DNA from: an uncultured Nitrospiraceae bacterium
GTDB lineage: Bacteria; Nitrospirota; Thermodesulfovibrionia; Thermodesulfovibrionales; Dissulfurispiraceae
Assembly: GCA_963705105.1 (NCBI GenBank)
Contig: CAVPIW010000012.1
Coordinates: forward strand, 192,001-256,000
DNA length: 64,000 bases
Reading direction: 5' to 3'
Each line of letters starts with the position of its first letter. The first letter of the stretch is position 1. Below, in pieces: positions 29,594 through 41,701 of the stretch. Position numbers and translations under genes: made by a program. The notes below the pieces were generated by a model. It saw only the letters and a program-made list of their open reading frames with translations, had not been told where the DNA came from and did no database searches.

Positions 29594-30520
29594 ATGCTGA
29601 AATCAAAGCTTTCCATCATGGTGATGACCCTGGCGGTCCTTGCCGCAGCGATGTTCCTGCCGGCGCCGGTTTCATCAGGTCAGGGACCGATCTCCGTCGT
29701 CGTGTCGATCCATCCCGTGGCGGACCTTGTGAAGCAGGTGGGACGGGAGCGCGTGACGGTCAGGACTTTTCTGCCTCCCGGCGCGTCTCCGCACGTGTTC
29801 GATCCCACGGCGAAACAGATGGTCGAGCTTTCGTCGGCACGGGCCTTTATAAAGGTCGGCGCCGGCCTCGAATTCTGGGCCGACCGTTTCGTCCGTGCCG
29901 TCGACAACAGGAACCTCCTCGTCGTCGATCTCTCGAAGGACATGCAGCTCATCGAATCCGGCCACGATCACGGGAGGGAGGGCAAGGGGGACCACGGCCG
30001 CCACGGCAGGACCGATCCCCATTTCTGGCTCGATCCGGTCATGGCGCAGCGGATCATTGACAGGATCGTCACCGTTCTGTCCGACCTCGATCCGGCCGGC
30101 AGGGAATTCTATCGGAAGAACGGCGACGCCGCGAAGGCGGGCATCGCGCAGCTCCATCAGGAGATGACCGAAAGGACGGGGAAATTCAGGATCAGGGAGT
30201 ATGTGACTTTTCACCCTGCCTGGAACTATTTTTCACAGCGCTACGGCCTCAGGATTATCGGCGTTATAGAGGAGTCGCCCGGAAAGGAGCCGACGGCGCG
30301 CCACATCGCCCGGATCGTCAAAGACCTGAAGCGCCTGGGTGCGCGCGTCGTTTTCGCCGAGCCCCAGTTCAATCCTGCCGTTGCCGAGGCGATCGCCCGC
30401 GAGGCGGGAGCCCGGGTGCTCTTCCTCGATCCCATCGGCGGGCCGAACCTGCCCGACAGGGACACGTACGTCAAACTTATACGGTATAACCTCTCCCAGA
30501 TGGAGAGGGCGATGAAGTGA
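29594..30520 (+). CDS. znuA: Zn/Mn ABC transporter substrate-binding protein
   Basis: GASPH.F.P, His-rich loop, DPHFWLDP, FHPAW.YF, signal peptide. Confidence 0.88.
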   Translation: MLKSKLSIMVMTLAVLAAAMFLPAPVSSGQGPISVVVSIHPVADLVKQVGRERVTVRTFLPPGASPHVFDPTAKQMVELSSARAFIKVGAGLEFWADRFVRAVDNRNLLVVDLSKDMQLIESGHDHGREGKGDHGRHGRTDPHFWLDPVMAQRIIDRIVTVLSDLDPAGREFYRKNGDAAKAGIAQLHQEMTERTGKFRIREYVTFHPAWNYFSQRYGLRIIGVIEESPGKEPTARHIARIVKDLKRLGARVVFAEPQFNPAVAEAIAREAGARVLFLDPIGGPNLPDRDTYVKLIRYNLSQMERAMK

Positions 30521-31302
30521 AAGCCGTCGAGATCGATCACCTTTCCGTCTCCATCGGGGGCAGGGAGGTCCTGCGGGACATCGACCTGTCCCTCGATGAA
30601 GGGACCTTTCTCGGGATTGTGGGGCCCAATGCCGGCGGGAAAACGACCCTCCTCAGGGCGATTGTCGGGATCGTCAGGCCAACGGCCGGCTCTGTGAAGG
30701 TCTTCGGGCTCCAACCTGCTGAGGCTGTGAAACGTCACCTCTTCGGGTATCTGCCGCAGGTGCACAAGATCGAGCCCCATTTCCCCGCCAGGGCCGTCGA
30801 CGTGGTGCTCATGGGGCTCTACGGCAGGCTCGGGCTTTTCCGCTGGCCGTCGAAGACGGACAGGAAAGCCGCCTACGAGGCCCTCGATGTCATGGGCATG
30901 ACGGGTTTCGAGGAGGAGGCCTTCGGCAGCCTCTCGGGAGGCCAGCAGCAGCGGGTCTCGATCGCCCGGGCCCTCATGAACAACCCGAAAATCCTCATTC
31001 TCGACGAGCCGAGCACGGGGATCGATGTGGTCGGACAGGAGGATTTCTACCATCTGCTCAAGGGACTGCAGCGGAAACTCGGACTCACCATCATCATGGT
31101 CTCCCACGATATCGGCGCCGTTTCCTCGTATGTCGACGAGATCGCCTGCCTGAACAAGGCGATGAACTATCACGGCAATCCTGTCGGTGCGCTCAGTGAC
31201 GATGTGCTGAAAAAGCTCTACGGCAAAAGCGTCGACATCATGATGCACGCCGAGTTCTGCGAAAAATGCGAGCGCCTTCACAGCGAGAGGCGGAATGCCT
31301 GA
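30517..31302 (+). CDS. znuC: Metal ABC transporter ATPase
   Basis: GPNAGGKTT, LSGGQQQR, LDEP, VSHD. Confidence 0.88.
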   Translation: MKAVEIDHLSVSIGGREVLRDIDLSLDEGTFLGIVGPNAGGKTTLLRAIVGIVRPTAGSVKVFGLQPAEAVKRHLFGYLPQVHKIEPHFPARAVDVVLMGLYGRLGLFRWPSKTDRKAAYEALDVMGMTGFEEEAFGSLSGGQQQRVSIARALMNNPKILILDEPSTGIDVVGQEDFYHLLKGLQRKLGLTIIMVSHDIGAVSSYVDEIACLNKAMNYHGNPVGALSDDVLKKLYGKSVDIMMHAEFCEKCERLHSERRNA

Positions 31303-32092
31303 GATCCTGTCTTACGGATTCATGCAGCGCGCCCTTTTGACGGGAACGGTGCTGGCCCTTTTTTCGGGAATCATCTCCGTCTTCATCGTCCTCCGTCGGA
31401 TTTCCTTTCTCGGGTCGGGCCTTTCCCACGCCGCATTCGGCGGTGTGGCCATCGGCTTTTACTTCGGCGTGAATCCCCTCATGACGGCCTTCCTCTATTC
31501 CGTTGTCGTCGCCTTCGGCATCGAAGGGATCAGCTCGCGGGGAAGGCTCGCCGAAGATACGGCGATCGGGATACTCTTCGCCTTTTCCATGGCCCTCGGC
31601 GTCGTCCTCATCGGCCTTGCCGAGAGCTACACCATCGATCTGTACGGCTACCTCTTCGGCAGCATCTTGGCCATCACCGACGAAGACGCCTTCATCGCCG
31701 CCGGGCTCTCACTATCCCTGACGGCTGCTGTGCTCCTCATCATGAAGGAACTCCACTTCATTACCTTCAGCGAAGAACTTGCCGCTGTGAGCGGCATCAG
31801 GGTGAGGCTCGTCAAGTCCGTCTTTCTCGTCTCCATGGCCGTTGCGATCGTCGTCGGCATCAAGCTCGTCGGGATTATCCTCATTTCCGCCCTTCTCGTG
31901 ATACCCGGCGCCATGGCCCATCAGTTGACGAGGGATTTCCGCACCATGATCGCCCTTTCCTGTCTCGTGGCTTTGTTTTCAACGATTTTCGGGATCATGA
32001 CGGCATACTGGCTCAACCTCGCACCGGGCGGCACCATCGTCCTCGTCATGGCCCTGCTGTTTTTCCTTTCCCTTTTGAGGCGCAAATACTGA
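31295..32092 (+). CDS. znuB: Metal ABC transporter permease
   Basis: FMQRAL, LSHAAFGG, YLFGSIL, VGIILISALLVIP. Confidence 0.88.
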   Translation: MPEILSYGFMQRALLTGTVLALFSGIISVFIVLRRISFLGSGLSHAAFGGVAIGFYFGVNPLMTAFLYSVVVAFGIEGISSRGRLAEDTAIGILFAFSMALGVVLIGLAESYTIDLYGYLFGSILAITDEDAFIAAGLSLSLTAAVLLIMKELHFITFSEELAAVSGIRVRLVKSVFLVSMAVAIVVGIKLVGIILISALLVIPGAMAHQLTRDFRTMIALSCLVALFSTIFGIMTAYWLNLAPGGTIVLVMALLFFLSLLRRKY

Positions 32093-32187
32093 GTACCCGA
32101 AGGCCGGGTGAAAAAAATAACTTGCAATTTTTCTTTAATAACTGTATCTTTAAATAAAAATTCTTCACCAGAAAGGAGGTGTAAAAG

Positions 32188-32568
32188 ATGAAGAAAGCTA
32201 TCCTCATCGTTTTATCCATGGTATTTCTTTTTTCCTTTGGTTGCGCCACGAAGGACTACGTAAAACAGCAGATCGACCCGCTTGTTGACAGAATCAGCAA
32301 ACTCGAAGCGCGCGTCGCAGCTCTTGAATCCAAGGTCGGTGCACTCGAAGGCAAAGCCGCGGATATCGATGCGGCGAAGAAGGCCGCCGCCGAGGCGAAG
32401 GCTCTTGCAGCGGACGCGAAGAAGTGCTGCGACCAGAAGCCGGGCGACGCCAGTGACGCCGTCAAGAGGGCGGAAGCCGCCGCCGCCAGGGCTGAGGCCG
32501 CTGCCGCGAAGGCTGAGGCCGGTGCCGCGAAAGAGAAGAAGGCGTTCGAACTGCAGCAGAAGAAGTAA
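32188..32568 (+). CDS. Alanine-zipper lipoprotein (Lpp/OprI-like)
   Basis: Lipobox FSFG-C, Ala-rich coiled coil, C-terminal QQKK; AAGGAGGT RBS. Confidence 0.82.
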   Translation: MKKAILIVLSMVFLFSFGCATKDYVKQQIDPLVDRISKLEARVAALESKVGALEGKAADIDAAKKAAAEAKALAADAKKCCDQKPGDASDAVKRAEAAAARAEAAAAKAEAGAAKEKKAFELQQKK

Positions 32569-32589
32569 TTATCGGTACGATTCAGCAGG

Positions 32590-32619
32590 GCCCGGAACCG
32601 GATGGTTCCGGGCTTTTTT

Positions 32620-32621
<2 letters not shown>
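32590..32621 (+). terminator. Rho-independent terminator
   Basis: GCCCGGAACC-GGAT-GGTTCCGGGC followed by a T8 run. Confidence 0.88.
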
Positions 32622-34478
<1,857 letters not shown>

Positions 34479-34507
34479 TCAAAAACGGATAGTAACCTTA
34501 TCAGCAG

Positions 34508-34710
34508 TGCGGAAAGGCGGGGCGAAACGCCTCAAACTCCTGCTGAAGGCGACGACGATCATTTTCAGGTTTGTCTTTCAGAAACCCATTCTTCGTGCAA
34601 TCAACCAGCGGCTATCCCTCGTCTTCCGTCACGATACAGGTGTCGCCGCAGCAAGGTTTTCGGCGCATTCACCCCAGCCCCGTCTTTCCGGATGGCACAT
34701 GCACCGATAG
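34508..34710 (+). repeat. Complete type-A hairpin element
   Basis: GGAAAGGCGGGGCGAAACGCCTCAAACTCCTGCTGAAGGCGAC...GTCGCCGCAGCAAGGTTTTCGGCGCATTCACCCC..TTTCCGGATGG. Confidence 0.85.
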
Positions 34711-34723
34711 GGTGCACTTGACA

Positions 34724-35821
34724 TTATGCAATACTTTTCAGGGTATTCTCAAACTGCAGGGCGACGCTGTCCCATCGGTACGAGCGGGCGTATTCCCTCC
34801 CCCGTTGTCCCATCTTCCTCCTGAGGCCGGCATCGCTGAGGAGAAGCCGCATCTTTTCGAGGAGACCTTCCCGGGAGCCGCACGGAAAGGTGACGCCGAA
34901 CCCCTCGCGTTCGACGAAGGAAAGCTCGGGAATGTCGCTCACGATGCAGGGTTTGCCGCAAGCGGCGGCTTCGAGGAGGCTGATGGGCTGTGCCTCGTGC
35001 CTGGAAGGGAGGACGACGAATACGGCGTCCCTGAGCGCAGCAGTTTTGTCGGCGCCGGAAAGCCAGCCGGGAATCCGTATCCGGTCTTTCGTCCCGTCTG
35101 GGAGCTTTTCCGCCGCGCTCCTGAGGTTGTCGAGGTCCCGTCCCGCACCGGCAATGACGAGGGGCACGCATCCGCCGTCTCCCGACAGGCCGCCAAAGGC
35201 GCCAAGGAGCAGATCGAGGCCTTTCTTATACAGATCAATACTGCTCATAAAGAGGACGTGGCGTTCTCCTCCCGCCGCGGGCAGGAAGAGCTCTTCGTCC
35301 ACACCGTTGGGGATGACGGGGAACGCAGAGGAGGAATGAAACCTTTCTTTTGTCACATCGGAGACATAAATGTGCTTATTGTAGAGGCGGGGATAAAATT
35401 TCTCGACGACGAACATGGGCAGGGCGTACAGGAGGGGGTACCGTTTGAAGGTATGTCGTCCCCAGAAGTCCTGGATCTGGAGGACCACCGGCGTGGTCGT
35501 CAGAAACCGGGCACAGAACGGTGTGGAGGGAAGGAAGTTCTCCACGATCACGTCATAGTCCCTGCCGTGTCGCATCACGTGGAGGGAGGCCCTCAGGGAG
35601 TAAGAAAAGACGCTCTTCACGAGGTTGCCGCTCTCAATGCCGGCAAAAACATGCCTGAGACCGTTTCGCATCCCGTCCCGCGCTCCCGGGTATTTCATGC
35701 AGAGGAGCGTGATGTCATGGCGGTCGGACAGGCGCCGGTATATCTCGTAAGCCCTCACGCCGGCGCCGCCGAATCCGAAGGGACTGCCGGCACTCTCGTA
35801 TATGAGCTGGAGAATCTTCAT
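34724..35821 (-). CDS. Glycosyltransferase family 4
   Basis: GGAG, IPNGVD, KKGLDLL, PSRHE..PISLLEAAACGKP. Confidence 0.92.
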   Translation of the reverse strand: MKILQLIYESAGSPFGFGGAGVRAYEIYRRLSDRHDITLLCMKYPGARDGMRNGLRHVFAGIESGNLVKSVFSYSLRASLHVMRHGRDYDVIVENFLPSTPFCARFLTTTPVVLQIQDFWGRHTFKRYPLLYALPMFVVEKFYPRLYNKHIYVSDVTKERFHSSSAFPVIPNGVDEELFLPAAGGERHVLFMSSIDLYKKGLDLLLGAFGGLSGDGGCVPLVIAGAGRDLDNLRSAAEKLPDGTKDRIRIPGWLSGADKTAALRDAVFVVLPSRHEAQPISLLEAAACGKPCIVSDIPELSFVEREGFGVTFPCGSREGLLEKMRLLLSDAGLRRKMGQRGREYARSYRWDSVALQFENTLKSIA

Positions 35822-35891
35822 GGAGCGGTCGTTCAAGCCTCCCGGGCAGGGCCTGTCGTTCAAGCCCTGTTGTTATATAATACACGGAAGG

Positions 35892-35933
35892 AACAGTGTC
35901 AGTGTGAGTGTGAGTGTGAGTGTGAGTGAAAGG
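35892..35933 (+). repeat. Stand-alone hexamer array module
   Basis: AACAGTGTC(AGTGTG)4AGTGAAAGGA. Confidence 0.85.
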
Positions 35934-36069
35934 ACTGCCGGCTATGAAAACGGGCCGTATTCGCGGGCCGATGTGATACAATAGAACATCGTAACAGATT
36001 CCTGTAACCGGAGGCGGAAACCTGCTTCCCGCCGGGACCGGCAGGAGGCGGACAGAGCGGAAGGGTTGT

Positions 36070-36354
36070 ATGGAAGAGATTAACGAGCTGATCAGCCGAT
36101 ATGGCCTTGAAGAAGACAAGGAGCATGTCATCATCCCCGTTCCTGCTGAAAACGGCCGCATACGACGCTGTTACCTGCTCAAAAGGAGGTTTATCCGAAT
36201 CATGTATCCTGAAGGACAGTATGTCGACTACCCCCTGACCGAGGCGATAGAGGCGACCATCAGATATCCCCATCTGCTGCTGAGCGAGGCGCTCTATCTT
36301 ATGCACAGGGAGCGCGAACAGCAGCGACCGGGCGCGGAAGGACGGGGAGTATGA
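36070..36354 (+). CDS. Hypothetical protein
   Basis: 94-aa ORF with ATGA overlap to the Rne/Rng gene. Confidence 0.75.
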   Translation: MEEINELISRYGLEEDKEHVIIPVPAENGRIRRCYLLKRRFIRIMYPEGQYVDYPLTEAIEATIRYPHLLLSEALYLMHREREQQRPGAEGRGV

Positions 36355-37856
36355 GCACGATGAAGAAGAAGATACTCATCAACGCCATTCATTCTGAAGA
36401 AAAGAGGATCGCCATCGTCGAGAAGGACACCCTCGTTGACTTCTATGTCGAGGTCTCTGCGCGGGAGCATCTCAAGGGGAATATCTACAAGGGGACCGTC
36501 ACGAGGGTCGAGCCGGGGATCCAGGCCGTCTTTGTCGATTACGGCGCCCGGAGGCACGGTTTTCTCCAGATGCGGGAGATCATGCCTGAGTGTTACGCCA
36601 GGCGTGAGGAGGGAAAGCGGGCCCGCGTCCAGGATGTGATGGCAAAAGGGCAGGAACTTATGGTGCAGGTCGAAAAGGAGGAGCGTGACACGAAGGGGGC
36701 GAGCCTGACGACCTATATCTCCCTGCCGGGCCGGTATATCGTGATGATGCCGGGCCAGAAGAGGGTCGGCATCTCCCGCAAGATCGAAGACCGTGAGGAC
36801 AGGAGCCGTCTCAAGGAAATGTTCAATTCCCTGAAACTCCCGAAGGACACCGGATTCATCCTGAGGACCGCCTCGTCGGACACGTTGGAGGAGGAGCTTT
36901 CGAATGATCTCAAGTACCTCACGAAGCTCTGGGCCAAAATTCAGCGGGAATCGAGCAAGGTGACGACGCCGGCCCTCATCTACAAGGAGCACGACATCGC
37001 CGTGAGGACCATACGGGACTACCTCACGAACGACGTGACGGAGGTTGTCGTCGACGAGGTGACGGCGCACCGCATGATGAAGGATTTCCTGCGCAAGACC
37101 GCCCCGTGGCGCAAGATCAACGTGACGTACTACCGCGACAAAAAGCCGATCTTTACGAAATACCAGATCGAGGACCAGATCGGCAAGATTCACGAGCGGT
37201 TTGTCGATCTTAAATCCAAGGGCTATCTCGTCATCGACAAGACCGAAGCCCTTACTGCGATCGACGTCAATTCGGGCAAGAGCAGGAAAGAGGAGACCGT
37301 CGAGTCGACCGCCCTCAGGACCAACGTCGAGGCGGCCGACGAGATCGCGCGCCAGTTGAGGCTGCGGGACATCGGCGGGCTCATCGTGATTGATTTCATC
37401 GACATGATCTCAGCGAAAAACAGGAGGGAAGTCGAGACGCGGCTCAAGAAGGCGCTTGCATCCGACAAAGCCCATGCGGACATCAGCGGCATCTCTAAGT
37501 TCGGCATCGTCGAAATGACGAGAGAGCGGCTGAGGCCGGCCTATCATGAGTCGATCCACAAGAAGTGCGAGGTCTGCGGCGGCGCCGGCATTGTGAAGTC
37601 CGAGGACCTCGTGGCGATCTCGGCGATCCGGGAAATCCACGGCAAGGCATCTGCGGGCGGGCTGAAAGCCATCACGTGCCGCCTGCCCATCGAAAGCGTG
37701 AATTACCTCTTCAACACGAAACGGGATGAAATAGACTCGCTCGAGAAGGAATTTGACCTGCAGATCCGGGTGCTGGGAGACGGCAAAATGCTGCCCGGTC
37801 AGATGTCCATTGAGACGGAGCGCGCTGAAAAGACTAAAACCGAAAAGCAGGAATAG
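36351..37856 (+). CDS. Ribonuclease E/G family
   Basis: GNIYKG.V..V.PG.QA.FVD, TEALTAIDVNSG, ARQLRLRDIGGLIVIDFIDM, CEVC.G Zn link; 501 aa, no long scaffold. Confidence 0.95.
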   Translation: MSTMKKKILINAIHSEEKRIAIVEKDTLVDFYVEVSAREHLKGNIYKGTVTRVEPGIQAVFVDYGARRHGFLQMREIMPECYARREEGKRARVQDVMAKGQELMVQVEKEERDTKGASLTTYISLPGRYIVMMPGQKRVGISRKIEDREDRSRLKEMFNSLKLPKDTGFILRTASSDTLEEELSNDLKYLTKLWAKIQRESSKVTTPALIYKEHDIAVRTIRDYLTNDVTEVVVDEVTAHRMMKDFLRKTAPWRKINVTYYRDKKPIFTKYQIEDQIGKIHERFVDLKSKGYLVIDKTEALTAIDVNSGKSRKEETVESTALRTNVEAADEIARQLRLRDIGGLIVIDFIDMISAKNRREVETRLKKALASDKAHADISGISKFGIVEMTRERLRPAYHESIHKKCEVCGGAGIVKSEDLVAISAIREIHGKASAGGLKAITCRLPIESVNYLFNTKRDEIDSLEKEFDLQIRVLGDGKMLPGQMSIETERAEKTKTEKQE

Positions 37857-37861
37857 CGGGA

Positions 37862-39349
37862 TTACGCCTCCTGCTTCGTCTTCTGCTCCTCCAGTTTCGC
37901 CTTCAGCAGCTCGCCGAAGGTGCTGAGACCTTTTGTCGACCCCTGGGAGTCGCGGTATTGCTCGTATTCGTCGCGCTCTGTTTTCGCCAGCACTTCCTTG
38001 CGGCTGAGCCGTACCTTGCCGCTCTCCTTGTCAACACCGATGACCACGGCCTGCACCGGGCTTCCCTCGGGAAACATGCGGCTGTGATCGCTCCCTCCCG
38101 GTGTCGCCATCTCGGAATTGGGGATGAGCCCCGTCATGGAATCGCCGAATTTCACGAATATGCCGTAGGGCATGACCTTCTCGACGGTCCCCTCGATGAA
38201 ATCACCTTCGGCAGGGAGCTGTATCTCCTTCGGCTCCACTTTCTTCTGGAGGCTGAGAGAGATCTTCCGCTTTTCCTGATCGACGGAAAGCACATGCGCC
38301 TCCACCTCCCGGCCCGTCTCGATCACTTCACCGGGATGCTTAATCCTGCGCCCGGCGCCGAGATTTGAAATGTGAATCAGCCCGTCCACGCCGGGTTCAA
38401 GATTCACGAAGACCCCGAATGGTGCGAGACGGACGACCGTTCCCTTCACGGTGGTATCGGGGAGATACTTTTCGGCGACGATGGTCCACGGATCGGGCGT
38501 CAGCGCCTTGAGGCTGAGGGAGATCCTGTTTCTGTCCCAGTCAACGGAGATTACCTTCCCCGTCACCGTCTGTCCTGTCGCGAGAACGTCCCGGACATTG
38601 GCGGTACGCTCCCACGAAACCTCACTGAGAGGGATGAGCGCCTCGATCGCGCCGAGGTCGACAAAGGCCCCGAATTTCTGGAGGGAGCTCACAGTTCCCG
38701 TCACTTCGGAACCGACGGTGATCGAGTGCTTCAGTTCTTCCAGTCGGGCCTGTTTCTCCTCCTCCAGCAGGGTCCGCCGCGAAAGAATGATATTTCGCCC
38801 GTCTTCCTTGAACTCGATGACCTTGAAAGAGTATGTATTGCCGACGTACTCACCGGTATTGCGGCCTCCCCTGAGATCGATCTGGGAATGGGGGCAGAAG
38901 CACCGGACGCCGCCGACGGAGATCTCGTATCCTCCCTTGACCTCTCCCTTGACGTCGCCGACGACGGGCACGCCGCCCTCATTGGCGCCCTGGAGGGCGC
39001 TGAGCTGTGTCGCTGCATACCCATGAATGAGGGTCGTCAATTTCCGGACACCGTCCTGGACCGACACGAAGAAGGCCTCGATGTCGTCACCTTCACGGAC
39101 CTTCAGGTTTCCTTCTTCGTCGAGCAGTTCATGGGTGCTGATGACGCCATCCGTTTTTCCGCCCAGGTCGATATACACGAGGTCGCCCGAGATGCCGACG
39201 ACCCTCGCCCGCACTCTCTGTCCCGGTGACAGCCGCACGGATGACACGTCGCTCTGCTCGAGGAGCGCTTCGAAACTCTCTTCGGTGTTTACAGGATTCT
39301 TGGTATCTTCAATTGTCGCAGATTCTTCGGTATAATGTTCCTGGGCCAT
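37862..39349 (-). CDS. rpsA: 30S ribosomal protein S1 or S1 paralog
   Basis: ESFEALLE N-terminus; five S1 repeats (FGAFVDLG, FGVFVNL..GVDGLIHISNL, YGIFV). Confidence 0.85.
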   Translation of the reverse strand: MAQEHYTEESATIEDTKNPVNTEESFEALLEQSDVSSVRLSPGQRVRARVVGISGDLVYIDLGGKTDGVISTHELLDEEGNLKVREGDDIEAFFVSVQDGVRKLTTLIHGYAATQLSALQGANEGGVPVVGDVKGEVKGGYEISVGGVRCFCPHSQIDLRGGRNTGEYVGNTYSFKVIEFKEDGRNIILSRRTLLEEEKQARLEELKHSITVGSEVTGTVSSLQKFGAFVDLGAIEALIPLSEVSWERTANVRDVLATGQTVTGKVISVDWDRNRISLSLKALTPDPWTIVAEKYLPDTTVKGTVVRLAPFGVFVNLEPGVDGLIHISNLGAGRRIKHPGEVIETGREVEAHVLSVDQEKRKISLSLQKKVEPKEIQLPAEGDFIEGTVEKVMPYGIFVKFGDSMTGLIPNSEMATPGGSDHSRMFPEGSPVQAVVIGVDKESGKVRLSRKEVLAKTERDEYEQYRDSQGSTKGLSTFGELLKAKLEEQKTKQEA

Positions 39350-39496
39350 GGTGGTTCCCTCTCTTCTGAAATTATTCGGTCTACTGCACGATGCGGAGAT
39401 GATCTCGGTCATGTGCTCGTATGAAAGGCAATGTATAGTGTAATAGATTTGGAGGGCGTGCGTCAAATGGATAATCAGGGGACGTCTTCGTGATGA

Positions 39497-40213
39497 TTAT
39501 CCTTTTTCTATTGTCCCGATGATTTCTGATATTTTGTCGACCATGATGCGGAAGGCCCGCTCCCCTTTTTCCGCCGTCGCTTTTGAAGGGTCGCCCCACA
39601 CGCCACCGGGCCAGTACTTTACCTTGTCTTTCACGGTGAAGGGTTTCGGAATGGCAGGGAACTCCTTCGGGGCGCGCCCTTTCACAAGGGATGGCGCGAG
39701 GTGGAGAATGAGGGACGTCTCAATCTCCCCGGCGTGGGAATCGTTGGGCGTTTCTGCGAGTTCTGCGAGCTCCTTCCAGAGGATGTCGTAGGGCGAAAAG
39801 ACGGCGATCCTGATCCCGTCAAGCCTGTCGACGAGCGTCTCGGCAGTCTCCTTGAGGGCGGCGGAATGGAGACTGCCGCCATGGCCGGAGATGAGGAGGA
39901 TGTTTCGCAGGCCCTTGCGGTAGGCATCGCGTATGAGGTCGAAGGAGATGCTCCGGAGCGATGCCGGTGAGATGCCGATCGTACCCGGGTGGTCTCCCGT
40001 CGTCGTGCAGACACCGTAGGGTATGATCGGCGCGAGAAAGAATTTCTTTTTCCGGGCAACGGCCTTGAGGACTTCCATAATGATGAGAGAATCGGTGTGG
40101 AGCGGCAGGTGGCTGCCGTGTTCCTCGACGGTGCCGAAAGGGAAGACGATCGTCTTCGTCTTTTTCAGGTGTTTCGTGAACTCCTTCATCGTGATTTCAT
40201 CAAGGATGATCAT
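39497..40213 (-). CDS. Creatininase-family amidohydrolase
   Basis: GTVEEHGSHLP..TD, SGHGG, HAGEIETS, GVWGDP. Confidence 0.93.
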   Translation of the reverse strand: MIILDEITMKEFTKHLKKTKTIVFPFGTVEEHGSHLPLHTDSLIIMEVLKAVARKKKFFLAPIIPYGVCTTTGDHPGTIGISPASLRSISFDLIRDAYRKGLRNILLISGHGGSLHSAALKETAETLVDRLDGIRIAVFSPYDILWKELAELAETPNDSHAGEIETSLILHLAPSLVKGRAPKEFPAIPKPFTVKDKVKYWPGGVWGDPSKATAEKGERAFRIMVDKISEIIGTIEKG

Positions 40214-40375
40214 GGTCTTTCTTCCTCCATCGTCTCGTTCGACAGACACTAATTAGGTCTCATTGCAAAATACCTGTGAGATACGAATTGATTGCAAAAG
40301 ACAGGACATTTTGTCATAATTTGCACGGGAAAACAAAATCCCGGAGATGCATCCGGGCATAGAGAGGGACAGGCC

Positions 40376-41026
40376 ATGGTCGATTTCAAATTCAGCGATA
40401 ATTACAATGATCTCTGCAGGCAGTCCGGTGTCGACGCGGGATTCCAGTTCGAATTTTTTTGCGAGCGCTGCAATGACACGTGGCGCACCGAGTTCTCCCC
40501 ATACCGGAGCGGGCAGGCGTCGGGCTGGCTCGGCAAGGCGGCAGGCCTCTTCGGGGGTATGCTCGGCGGCGTCGGAGAGGCCGTCGAGGGCATGGCGGAA
40601 TCAGGCTGGGGCAAGGCCCGGGACGAAGCGTTCAGGGACGCCATCGAACAGGCAAAGGACCATTTCCACCGTTGCTCCCGCTGTTTCCAGTACGTCTGCG
40701 ACCGTTGCTGGAACGGCGACGCGGGGCTCTGCATGAACTGCGCTCCCAGCGCCGAAGTAGAGATCGAGGCTGCCCGGGCGAGCGGAGAAGTGTATGGCGC
40801 CGGGGAAAAGGCGGCCCTCGAGGGCATCCGCGCGGGCAAGAAGAAGGACGTCAAGCGGAAACGGCAGCTCGTCTGCCCCGAGTGCGGCGCCGAGGCGAAG
40901 GGTGCCAAATTCTGCCCGGAATGCGGGTACAGGCTTGCCGTAACCCTTTCCTGCAAGGGCTGCTCGGCGGAAGTGCCGAAGGGCGCCAAGTTCTGCCCCG
41001 AGTGCGGTGAGGCGGTAAATTCGTAA
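40376..41026 (+). CDS. Multi-zinc-ribbon protein
   Basis: GFQFEFFCERC, CSRC..YVC..CW...GLC..C, double zinc ribbon (AKFCPECG twice). Confidence 0.85.
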   Translation: MVDFKFSDNYNDLCRQSGVDAGFQFEFFCERCNDTWRTEFSPYRSGQASGWLGKAAGLFGGMLGGVGEAVEGMAESGWGKARDEAFRDAIEQAKDHFHRCSRCFQYVCDRCWNGDAGLCMNCAPSAEVEIEAARASGEVYGAGEKAALEGIRAGKKKDVKRKRQLVCPECGAEAKGAKFCPECGYRLAVTLSCKGCSAEVPKGAKFCPECGEAVNS

Positions 41027-41064
41027 GGGACGCTTTCAGTCAGTCTGGCAGGGAGGAGGATTAC

Positions 41065-41313
41065 ATGGGCATAATCTGGACGATCATACTGGGGCTCGTC
41101 ATCGGCGTCATCGCCAAGCTTATTCATCCCGGCAGGGAGAACATGGGTTTCCTCATGACGGTGGGCCTCGGCATTGCAGGCTCGTTCGTGGCGGGCGTGG
41201 TGGGTCAGTTCCTGGGCTGGTATCACGCCGGTGAAGGCGCGGGGTTTATCGCGTCCGTCATCGCCGCCATCCTTCTGCTCGTGATTTACGGAAAAATCCG
41301 GAGCAGCGGATAG
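41065..41313 (+). CDS. GlsB/YeaQ/YmgE-family membrane protein
   Basis: IIWTIILGLVIGVIAKLI.PG...LGIAGS; GGAGG RBS. Confidence 0.9.
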   Translation: MGIIWTIILGLVIGVIAKLIHPGRENMGFLMTVGLGIAGSFVAGVVGQFLGWYHAGEGAGFIASVIAAILLLVIYGKIRSSG

Positions 41314-41333
41314 TCAACCTTTCCTAATCATAG

Positions 41334-41692
41334 TTGCATGAAAAGGCGGGGAGAAGCGCTCTGAAAAACAGTGTCAGTGTGAGTATGAGTGAAAGGAATC
41401 GTTCTGATATCTGCACCACCTCCGGGAAGGCAGATATGGGTCAAAGCCTTTCCAATGCGATGATGAGACATATCGATGTGTTCAGCGCCTCTTGCCTGAC
41501 GGTCGTGTCATCAATCGACACGGCAAAGGGTAGTCTGGGGATCAATAAGGTATCTTAGCGGAAAGGCTTTTCACCACATCAGCCTTCCCGTCGGTGCGTC
41601 TGTCGTATGGTCACTGTCTATTGCTTACTGTCTGCGATTGACTGTTCTGTGGCGAGTGCGCCCCGCCTTTCCGGAGGGCTTCTTCAACAATG
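41334..41692 (+). repeat. Composite element: left end, hexamer array, type-B hairpin, 7-nt array and right end
   Basis: TTGCATGAAAAGGCGGGG; hexamers 41364-41398; type-B hairpin 41424-41589; CTGTCTA-like units at about 41600-41650; CGCCCCGCCTTTCCGGA. Confidence 0.88.
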
Positions 41693-41701
41693 AGGTTTTG
41701 C

